A stretch of DNA of 64,000 nt. It comes from an uncultured Planctomycetales bacterium. GTDB lineage: Bacteria; Omnitrophota; Gorgyraeia; Zapsychrales; Fredricksoniimonadaceae. Location: positions 8,594 through 72,593 of the forward strand of contig CAZABZ010000001.1 of NCBI GenBank assembly GCA_964483535.1, read 5' to 3'. The notes beneath the pieces were generated by a model that worked only from the letters and a program-made list of their open reading frames with translations, ran no database searches and was not told the DNA's origin. Each line of letters begins with the position of its first letter. Position 1 is the first letter of the stretch. The position numbers and the translations under genes were made by a program. Of the stretch, positions 1 to 8,500 are shown in pieces.

Positions 1-1053
1 GTTGAGGAAAAAATCCGGGTAAGGATGATTTTAGGCAATATCAATATCCAGCGTCCCCGCCGGGATTTGCAATTTATTTTCATCAATAATCGCCCGGTTG
101 AAAGCAAAAATTTGAGTTTTAATCTCAATGATGTCTACAAACTCATCCTGCCTCCGGGCGTCTATGGGGCTTTTATCGTCGATATCGCTATGGATCCCGC
201 CAATGTGGATGTCAATATTCATCCCACCAAGCGTGAGGTGCGCATCAAAGATGAAGCCAAGATCATCCATTTATTGCGACACATGACGGAATACCAGCTG
301 ATGCATAAAGGCACTCCCAAGCGTATGTCTTTCGGGAGTGACAATGCTGTCGGGGGGCTGCCCGCCGATCAATTAATTTTTGCCCCAGGGCAATTGCAGG
401 CGAAATTTAATTCAAGTCATCCTGAGCGAATCGAAGGATCTCAGAATGCCCTTCCCCTGGATTTTCAACTTTTCGGCCGGGAGGATACACTGCGTTCTAA
501 ATTTGCCAGAGGAAGGTTTGTGGGATCTTTTCTTCAAAAATTCCTGCTTTTTGAAGCCGATGAATCGCTTTTGATCGTTGACCAGCATGCGGCGCAAGAA
601 CGCATCATGTTCGAAAAATTCAAGGACCAAATTGAAAACGCCAAGGTTGAAAGCCAGCCTTTGCTTAATCCTTTATTACTCAAATTGACCCCTCAGGAAA
701 GAATCGCGTGGGAAGAACTACAGGAAGAACTGACCGCCGCTGGTATTGAAACCACCCAATTTGATGAGGACACGATTGCCGTGCAGACCCAACCGTTGTT
801 ACTTAAAAACATCGAAGCCGTAGTACGAGCCCTGCTGGCTGGCGGGGAAGCTCTGAGAATGGACCATGACGCCTTAGCCCGCCGCGCCTGCAAAGCTTCC
901 ATTGTTGCCGGCGACAAACTCGATGGCTCCCAAGCTGATTACCAACGCAAACAATTACTTGAATGTAAAGATCCCTTCATTTGCCCACATGGCCGCCCAA
1001 CGCTCATTGAAGTCACCCAAGACTTTCTCAACCGCCAATTCCTGAGATCATAA
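1..1053 (+). CDS. mutL: DNA mismatch repair protein MutL, 3' partial (C-terminal about 350 aa; 5' end off-window)
   Basis: Frame is open from nt 1 (VEEKIRVRMILGN...). Carries the MutL transducer-domain motif DVNIHPTKREVRI and the C-terminal endonuclease motifs DQHAAQERIMFE (DQHA(X)2E(X)4E, nt 580-615), ACKASI and FICPHGRP (CPHGRP). Confidence 0.85.
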   Translation, partial: VEEKIRVRMILGNINIQRPRRDLQFIFINNRPVESKNLSFNLNDVYKLILPPGVYGAFIVDIAMDPANVDVNIHPTKREVRIKDEAKIIHLLRHMTEYQLMHKGTPKRMSFGSDNAVGGLPADQLIFAPGQLQAKFNSSHPERIEGSQNALPLDFQLFGREDTLRSKFARGRFVGSFLQKFLLFEADESLLIVDQHAAQERIMFEKFKDQIENAKVESQPLLNPLLLKLTPQERIAWEELQEELTAAGIETTQFDEDTIAVQTQPLLLKNIEAVVRALLAGGEALRMDHDALARRACKASIVAGDKLDGSQADYQRKQLLECKDPFICPHGRPTLIEVTQDFLNRQFLRS

Positions 1054-1067
1054 GAAATTCTTTATGC

Positions 1068-4000
1068 TCAATTCAATCCAAATACTTCGGCCAAATTCTG
1101 CACTGGCGTAATGCTGATGACAACTGGGCTAAGCCCGGGCACGCCCTGACGGCGTATCTGCGCGATGAGAGCAGGATCAACTCTTAAAGACACCCCGCCG
1201 TTTTCCTTGCGTGTCTGCCACACAGCATTGTCCGCGTTAAGATCAATGCCCCCGGGCGTTTCGGTGTCAGCAACACCGCTCAGCTGTTTCTTTTTATTGC
1301 TAAAGAAGGCATCTTTCAATGCCTGATTTGACAGGGTGTCCCAAGAAGAAATTTCCCCCACCATCGCTTTGTCTACCTCCAGTACTGCTGTTACGCCAGC
1401 CTTTGCATTAAAGTCTGTTATTGCTTTAGTGACAACGTTCATATTCTTTTTGAAATCAAACGCATACTTCTGGCTTATATCAAATCCTTCTTTAGGTTTA
1501 ATCTCAAAAAGAATTTTTATCTTATCTTCGGGCTTATCGTTTGAATTGCCAAAAGTATTTATAACAGTAGATTTTACGAGAAAGCTAAATGGCAGCCCCT
1601 CTTGCTTGATTTCTACCTGTAATTCACCATTCGTCTTGGCATCATTCCATTCAGGCCTGGTCATTGTTACACCAACCTGATAATTTGCTCCTATTTCTCT
1701 AGAGATAATGGCTTGCAATTGTGTTGTAACACTCTCGCTTGCTTTTTTCCAATTTTGCAAATATAAATATGAGCCATCAACAGGCAAGACGATTTCATTG
1801 TAGCGGGCCAGGCTCGAGGCAATCTCTTTCTTATTAAAGAGTGTGCGCAGAACTTCTTTCGTTACGGTGGAAAACTTACCTATTGGAAGATATCCATAAA
1901 AAAAGCTTTGAATAGCTTCCCTAGTTTCGGTTGCCGCTACAGGCTCCTCATAACCCTTAATATTAACAGCATCTAATTTCCCTTCTGTAATCAGTCTGTC
2001 AGTTAAAGCGTCCCCAAAGAACCCGGCTTCCCGATAAGTATGGGCAAACTTTATTCGGAGGCTTCTATGCTGTGTATCATTAAAATATGATTGAATAATA
2101 TATAATTTCCCAGGGACATCAAGTTCTGGAAGAATAAGGGGAAAGCCCTGATACTTTCCAAGCCCAATAAGTTTCTTCAATTTGGCTTCCATATCACCAA
2201 ACTTAGCAGCATTACGGATGGTATCTATAACGGCATGCCTATAGTCCATATCCAGCTGTGGGGCTTTTCTCTTTTTCGCTTCTTCGCGCATCTTATCTGC
2301 TTTTAAAGTGTGGTCATTGATGTCAACATAAAACTTTCTAACCCCCTCACCATTATTATGCTCAACTTCATGCTGTTGCATGCCGATCAACTTTTTATAG
2401 ATTTCAAAACTAAGTTCCGGGTAGAATAATAATGTCTTTCTAAGCAGGTTGTGCTTGTCGGCAGGAACGACACAGAAGTTCAATATTTTTATAGAGTCTT
2501 TGTTGGCATCAAAAGGCCTCCAAACATAACGATGATCACTCCCGGCAACATAGACTGCTGATTCCATCTGTGGCAACATGTCAAGAATTGTGGCGAGATT
2601 TTCCTCTCCGCCGCCGTCATTAAGTGAAAGCTTGTTTGTTATCCCTATAAGCCCCTTATTAAAATCAAAATCAATGGGCAATAAAGATACTAGATCCCCA
2701 AAAAGTTTTTTCAGTTCTGCCTCGCAGATGTTCCAACGCGCCTTGAATGTCTTCTGAACAAAGGGTTTTCTCGTGGGATCATTCTTGCTGACATTGACAA
2801 TAGCAACAGGCACCCCCATTAGAACAGAAGGCAACAGCATCATAACAAGATCGTGCGCGACCGTTGGCGGGCCAAATTTAGATGGAGCAAACTCAAAGGT
2901 GGTAACGCCGGAAGGGACAGTGATACTGCCTCTCTTACTATCAAAAGTTACTTGAGTTTTATAATTGACAATACCGCTCATTGCGTTACGCGCCATTAGA
3001 TATGCCGCAGACCGGATTATCTTTAGCGTTTCTTTAACAACTTTTATATGATTGCCATCTGGTGCTGGAATTTTAAGGTCTAAGCTCCGTATCTCGTTGT
3101 TTCGATTGGCAAGAAGAAACACTTCCTGTTGATATTGTTCCTCTCGTTCCTTCGGAGTAGTCGGCTTCTCATTTAAGAGAAGATTAGCAGAAAACTCGTT
3201 TATTAAAGTTTCTGGGTCAGCATCAGATGCGAATAATTCCTTTATTTTCCCTCGACTTTTAGATAAAGCATACTTGTACCAAAGTTCATTAGCCCTGTCT
3301 TGGGGCAAGAAGTCATCCTTCCCGTCTGCTATTAAAGCTAAAAACATACCGGCAAAAAAATAATTCAACCCATCATTGCTGTTTTGAATCTTCTTCAAAT
3401 ATTCTTTTGTGATATAAACCGTAGAAGTCGTTTTGCTAATAGCGAATCCTTTACTAAGTTTTTTGGCATGTTTTTTATCATTCACTACTTTAAAATGATT
3501 TGAATATGTTTCTTCCAAATTCCCAATCTTTAACATTTCGCTTTCTGACAGTTTTAAATTTCCCCCCGCGTTAGTCGGAAATAACAAAACGTCAGCATCC
3601 TTATCAACAATCTGCAATAAGGAATGAATTTGCCGATAAGGCGAATAGCCAAGGGTATCATCTATATTCTCAATATCAGTAGGATAATCCCCTCCAAATA
3701 CAATATCTGCATTCGTCTCTTCAAGCACATTGCGAATATTGGAAGGGACCTTGTCTTGTAGCAGCAACATAGCCTTATCAGACTGCATGGCCTTGTCGAA
3801 CCTATCAAGGTTCACCAGCACATCAAAGTCGTTCTTCCCTGCCATGGCCTGACGCGCCTGCAACTCTCCGACTTCGTCCATTTTCTGTGGAACCGGCTGC
3901 ATTCCTCCGGAGAAATACTTTCTGGGAAGAGGCTCATTGGTCAGGGCGTTAATTTCTTCCTTGACATAATTAAACGCTCCCTTCCTGTAAGCCCGCAAAT

Positions 4001-4955
4001 AGCGCTGATAAATTTCCTCCTTTGCCTTAGGCGAAGCCAAGTCGATGCCTGCTACCTTGTTCTTGTCGGCATACACCTCATTAAGAACGGCATCCTTCAA
4101 GGCTCGCTTGAACCACGTAGCCAAAATAACCGAGTTGTATGCCTGTCGCAAAAGAGCGAAATTCTTGCCTGTATTGACTTCTTTTTCAATCTCAGGAAGG
4201 ACTAGTTCCCGCAAAATTTGGTTAGTGATTTCAGAGGACGCCGGTTCCTGCTTGCCGGATAATTGTACTGAGCTTCTCAGTCCCGCAATTTCCGACTTCT
4301 GCTTTGCCAGATAATCCTCTTCCAGCATGACCTTCAAACGGCTATCTACAATATAAACGGACTGATTCTTCTCATAAATGGACACTTTATCTGCCACAAT
4401 CCACACTTTATTAAGAGTAGTGATTGGAATATCGGTTGTGCCGTACTTCTGTTGGGCCAACTTGTACACGCGGCTCCAGAAGTCCCTGCCCAGTTCCTTT
4501 TCAGGATAAAGGGCCGAAGCCGCGGTCTGCTTAAGGATATAATCTTCTCCCAAAAGATCCCGACCAAGCTCGGTAAGACTGAAACTATCCGGTAAAATCT
4601 TGTCCTTCTCATAAGGAGAAAGGTTGACCCACATATCTTTCTCAGGGACTGTCAGCGCGGCGAGGAAATACTTCACCATTTTCTCGCTCTCGGACTTTAA
4701 TTCCTGGCTGGAAAGATTGTTCTTGCCGGCATCCATAATGAAATCCAAAAGAAATGGATTTTCGGGATGAATTTTCAGTCCCTTCATCAACGAAGGCGTG
4801 AAAGGCTCACTTAAACCTACAATAGTCCCAGGAGCAGGAAGCTGATTGATGCTAAAAGCCCCACCTCCCGAAGAAACAGGCTGGGCATGGACATATTGGA
4901 GATTGCTGAAAATAAAGGTAAAGCAGACTAGTGAAGCAATTAAGCGTTTAAACAC
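1068..4955 (-). CDS. Large secreted protein of unknown function (1295 aa) with N-terminal signal peptide
   Basis: ORF of 3888 nt with a GTG start at 4953-4955. A Shine-Dalgarno-like AAGGGGG sits about 7 nt upstream on the minus strand. The N-terminus MFKRLIASLVCFTFIFSNLQYVHA/QPV looks like a Sec signal peptide with an AXA-like cleavage site. I recognise no catalytic motif. Its end converges on mutL with a 14-bp gap. Confidence 0.75.
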   Translation of the reverse strand: MFKRLIASLVCFTFIFSNLQYVHAQPVSSGGGAFSINQLPAPGTIVGLSEPFTPSLMKGLKIHPENPFLLDFIMDAGKNNLSSQELKSESEKMVKYFLAALTVPEKDMWVNLSPYEKDKILPDSFSLTELGRDLLGEDYILKQTAASALYPEKELGRDFWSRVYKLAQQKYGTTDIPITTLNKVWIVADKVSIYEKNQSVYIVDSRLKVMLEEDYLAKQKSEIAGLRSSVQLSGKQEPASSEITNQILRELVLPEIEKEVNTGKNFALLRQAYNSVILATWFKRALKDAVLNEVYADKNKVAGIDLASPKAKEEIYQRYLRAYRKGAFNYVKEEINALTNEPLPRKYFSGGMQPVPQKMDEVGELQARQAMAGKNDFDVLVNLDRFDKAMQSDKAMLLLQDKVPSNIRNVLEETNADIVFGGDYPTDIENIDDTLGYSPYRQIHSLLQIVDKDADVLLFPTNAGGNLKLSESEMLKIGNLEETYSNHFKVVNDKKHAKKLSKGFAISKTTSTVYITKEYLKKIQNSNDGLNYFFAGMFLALIADGKDDFLPQDRANELWYKYALSKSRGKIKELFASDADPETLINEFSANLLLNEKPTTPKEREEQYQQEVFLLANRNNEIRSLDLKIPAPDGNHIKVVKETLKIIRSAAYLMARNAMSGIVNYKTQVTFDSKRGSITVPSGVTTFEFAPSKFGPPTVAHDLVMMLLPSVLMGVPVAIVNVSKNDPTRKPFVQKTFKARWNICEAELKKLFGDLVSLLPIDFDFNKGLIGITNKLSLNDGGGEENLATILDMLPQMESAVYVAGSDHRYVWRPFDANKDSIKILNFCVVPADKHNLLRKTLLFYPELSFEIYKKLIGMQQHEVEHNNGEGVRKFYVDINDHTLKADKMREEAKKRKAPQLDMDYRHAVIDTIRNAAKFGDMEAKLKKLIGLGKYQGFPLILPELDVPGKLYIIQSYFNDTQHRSLRIKFAHTYREAGFFGDALTDRLITEGKLDAVNIKGYEEPVAATETREAIQSFFYGYLPIGKFSTVTKEVLRTLFNKKEIASSLARYNEIVLPVDGSYLYLQNWKKASESVTTQLQAIISREIGANYQVGVTMTRPEWNDAKTNGELQVEIKQEGLPFSFLVKSTVINTFGNSNDKPEDKIKILFEIKPKEGFDISQKYAFDFKKNMNVVTKAITDFNAKAGVTAVLEVDKAMVGEISSWDTLSNQALKDAFFSNKKKQLSGVADTETPGGIDLNADNAVWQTRKENGGVSLRVDPALIAQIRRQGVPGLSPVVISITPVQNLAEVFGLN

Positions 4956-5162
4956 TGTTTCCCCCTTTTTGGGTTGAAAATCTAAAAAAAATATAAAATA
5001 ACGAGTTTGAAAAATGCTTTCATTATAAGCATCTACTTAAAATATAACACATTTTTAATAAAAAGCAAGCTTAAAACTTGATAAATAAGCAATATTTATA
5101 TAATTAAAGAACAATTACCCTGAGAAATAAAATCCCCTATTTTTGCTACTATTTCTTACAAA
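4956..5162 (-). promoter_or_regulatory. AT-rich intergenic spacer, probable promoter/5' UTR of the 1295-aa secreted-protein gene
   Basis: 207-bp non-coding gap, very A/T-rich with runs of A, lying between the PilZ gene stop and the next gene start on the same strand. No -35/-10 pair could be assigned with confidence. Confidence 0.3.
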
Positions 5163-5519
5163 TTAACCGCCCCACCATTTATCCTTAAATTGCTCGGAAC
5201 AATGATCGGTGATGTATTGATAAATCTTGTCCTTGTCCGGGTCCAAAATTTTGTCAAAAGACATCCCATAAACATACCTCCCTTGGTCTTCCTCAACCCA
5301 GGGCAAGCTGACCTCAAGTTTAATGGGATCGAATTTGTCCTCAAGGGCCAACGACATATCCACGGACCGCTCTCGAGGTAACCGTTTGTCAAAAGACGCG
5401 CGCATCCCTTTTAAGTTCAGGTCCTCGATGATACACTGGCTGGATTCCTGCGTTCCGGGCAGCCAGACCTTTGCTTCCCTTTTGACCTGCCAGCGAGGCA
5501 GTTGTCTGCGTTCATCCAT
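5163..5519 (-). CDS. PilZ-domain protein (putative c-di-GMP receptor), 118 aa
   Basis: ATG at 5517-5519 is preceded by AAAGGAGAGAAAA, a strong RBS. The N-terminal ERRQLPR matches the PilZ RxxxR motif. DLNLKG about 24 residues later matches the (D/N)x(S/N)xxG motif. The start is only 30 bp downstream of the giant-gene stop. Confidence 0.6.
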   Translation of the reverse strand: MDERRQLPRWQVKREAKVWLPGTQESSQCIIEDLNLKGMRASFDKRLPRERSVDMSLALEDKFDPIKLEVSLPWVEEDQGRYVYGMSFDKILDPDKDKIYQYITDHCSEQFKDKWWGG

Positions 5520-5548
5520 GTTTTCTCTCCTTTCTAACGGGGTTGTTT

Positions 5549-8500
5549 TTAGACCTCTATTGTGTACGCATACGTTGTTGATGTATAACTAATATCATAT
5601 GTAAATACAGCCATCAGCGGCGGTATTAAATTGTCAAATCCTGACCAGAAACCGCGGCTGTTGTGGTCCATGCCCATTGAACTTTCCGCCCACAGCATAA
5701 ATTGCCTCTCCCTGACTGTTATGACAATTTTAATAACGGTAATATAAATGATACGTACGGCATGGAAGAACCATTTTACAAATATCCATTCAAAAAATAA
5801 CGGGAAGCCCCAGATCCCATATAAAAAGAGAAACGCGGGGCCCTCGTTAAAAATTGTGCCATTGCGAGGAGCATTTTCCAACGACGAAGCTCCGCTTCTT
5901 GCTTCCGCAAGAAAACAACGGGACCACGCCCCAAAAAACAGGGCTCCCAAAGACGCTGGTCGAAACGCTTCCAAGGGCCGGACTACTCCAATGATTTTTA
6001 GCCGATGCCGAATAGTTCTGGGCGTATTCATTGATGCTGGCGCCGGCAAAATATTCATCCTGCCGGTTACCGGCGCTGACGCCCCACTTGGATTAATAGG
6101 CCGCGTTAATATAAAGCAAAGGTCGGACAACATCAGCGGGAAGAACACGATTGCAATTATGATCAAGGCCATCATTATTCTTTTTCGTATTCTTTCCCAT
6201 TTCTTACTGGAATCTTTGGCAACAGTCGTGTCCGGTTTGAATGTCAGCACAGCCCCGGGGTGTTCCAAATTATATTGACGATGCAAGGCGATGTTCTCGC
6301 GAAGAGAGCGTGCCGATTTAATCGCACGAATTCCTGCCCGACGAGTCAGGGAGGCGGGCGAATCATCCCCTGGTAAATGCCCATGCCAGCGCATAAGCAC
6401 CCCTACAGGAAGTATGTAAAAGAATGGGGCCTCAAACCGCGGCGCTACTTCCAGTTCAATCCATCGGTGAATACTTTCATGGTCTGGTTCCCATTTAAAG
6501 AAACTCACTATTCTCCTCAGCCAGTACAAGAAATAGCCAATACGATAGGTGATCCCCAGAGTCAACGGCATTTTTGTAGGGACGGGGGATAGAACCACCG
6601 CCGCCATCATGGCCTTCTTCACAGCTTTGGCAGCCTCCGGCCAAATAATCTGCACGGAAAAGACCCCTTCGATCCCCTGTAAAGGCCTGGCAATATCCTC
6701 TTTGGTCAATAACTTCATACTCCTGGCCGTAAAATGAAGCTCCCCTTGCTCCGGGTTACTTTTCATTTCTATGCCTTCAAGCAGATTGGCTTCCTCTAAT
6801 TTATCCTGTACTTTTTGGGCAATGTCTATCATATTCGCGCCTTGCACGATAATCGAAATTTCCGCCTGCGACTGCATAAAGTTACGCAATTGATCCGGTT
6901 TAATCAAATCCATGGCCAAAGCCGCGCACAATTCATTAAAACGGAAATTGCCTTCATTTTGAGCCAACCGGCGTTCTTCATTAAATCTGGCTATAAAAAT
7001 AAACGTCTCCTCAGAGAATGGCCCCCATCCCAATTCTTTGATGATCCCCATCAGTAAATCTTTGCCTCGTTCGACCGCGGCGTTATATTCATTGCGATTT
7101 TGCAGATATGCCAGCATCAGACGCGCCCGCAATGACTGTATTTTATCCCGCAAATTCTGCCGAACATTAATATCTCCCCTCACATCAATCGATAGGCCTT
7201 GTGTGACTTGCTCCAAAACCATACCAGCCCGTAAAGGGGCATAGGGGAGTAATCTCCCCTTACGGCCGCGCTTAAATTGTTCCAACTGCCCCAACACATA
7301 CGGATGATTACCCTCCCCTAAAACAAAACCCCGGTATTGGTCATCAAGCTGGATTTTACGATGCATGGCCGCGTCAAAGGGAATGGCCTTATCCGGCAAG
7401 GTGATAACAGCAAGCGACTTCCCACCTTTGGGGCCCGTAAGTAATAAGAAAATATACATGCGTTCATTGGCCCGTTCAAAAAGAAGGCGCAAATTCGTGT
7501 CAATGTCCACCCCCAGTTGCAATTCATCCCCGGGAAGCGCTTGTCCCTTTATGCCATCATTTTTCAATACATCATTTGCCTTAAAAGCCCAATGCGCGCC
7601 GGAAATAACTGGCGCCACTAAAATATGATCGGGTTGAAAACCAAAACGGTATTTCAAATAATCGGCCTTAGCCATGACTTGTATTTCCCATTTGCGACCG
7701 TCATCAATTAAATTAATATGGGAAGCGCTATAGCCATGTCTTGTATCATTTTTAAACTTTGTTTCTTTAACTCGATCACCCCATGCATTACGGACACCTA
7801 CTTCCGCGAACAGAGCATCCTCTTTATTTTGGGTAATAACCATAACTCTAAGCACATCCCCCAATTGATCAAATTTTTCATATTTGTTAGTTTTAGATTT
7901 TATTTTATCGTATATCGAAGCCAGACCTTTAAGATCCACATGAATTTGAATACCTGGGATCCCTTGTAAGATGCTCTTCATTTTTTTACGCATCTCTTTA
8001 GCAATATCTATAAACCGCTCTTCCACTATGCCTACGGCATACTCAATGTCCTTGTGCTCTGCGATGGCTTGATTAACATTCTTTGCAATGTCAAGTATTT
8101 CGGCTATTTTTCTGCCAATATCCTTAAATTCCTCCGGATGTTCCACCCTAAAAATACCGTCGCGCAAATCTTCCACCATCCGGGCGGAATTTAACCTCCC
8201 TGCCAAAGCCATGTATAAATGCCTGACCTTCCTTATAGAAAATTTCTGTTGTTGAGGGTCTCCATAACGGGTCTGCCATAATGTCAAAGCAAAAAGGACA
8301 TACAACACCCTGGCATCGCCACCAGTCATTTGAATGATAGCATTCATGTAATTAAGAAATGTTGAATCCGTCCTAAGTCTTTTGAATGTCTCATTCCAAT
8401 ACGGCCAGGCCATGATGGTTGCGGCGCGGTCTATCACCGACCCCACATTAGGCCCTAAATTAAGACTTTGCCTAATGTCCGCCTGCTTGCTTTTGGGGGA

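Noticed and set aside
31-917. Minus- and plus-strand short ORFs overlapping the mutL coding region (31-270, 412-630, 693-917, 380-574)
   Set aside because: They overlap a well-supported mutL frame and have no motifs, so they are shadow ORFs.
1336-4612. Short ORFs inside or antisense to the 1295-aa gene (1336-1680, 2773-2955, 4045-4314, 4346-4612) and the 5156-5392 and 5190-5592 ORFs overlapping the PilZ gene
   Set aside because: These are alternative-frame or antisense shadows of stronger genes, with no independent support.
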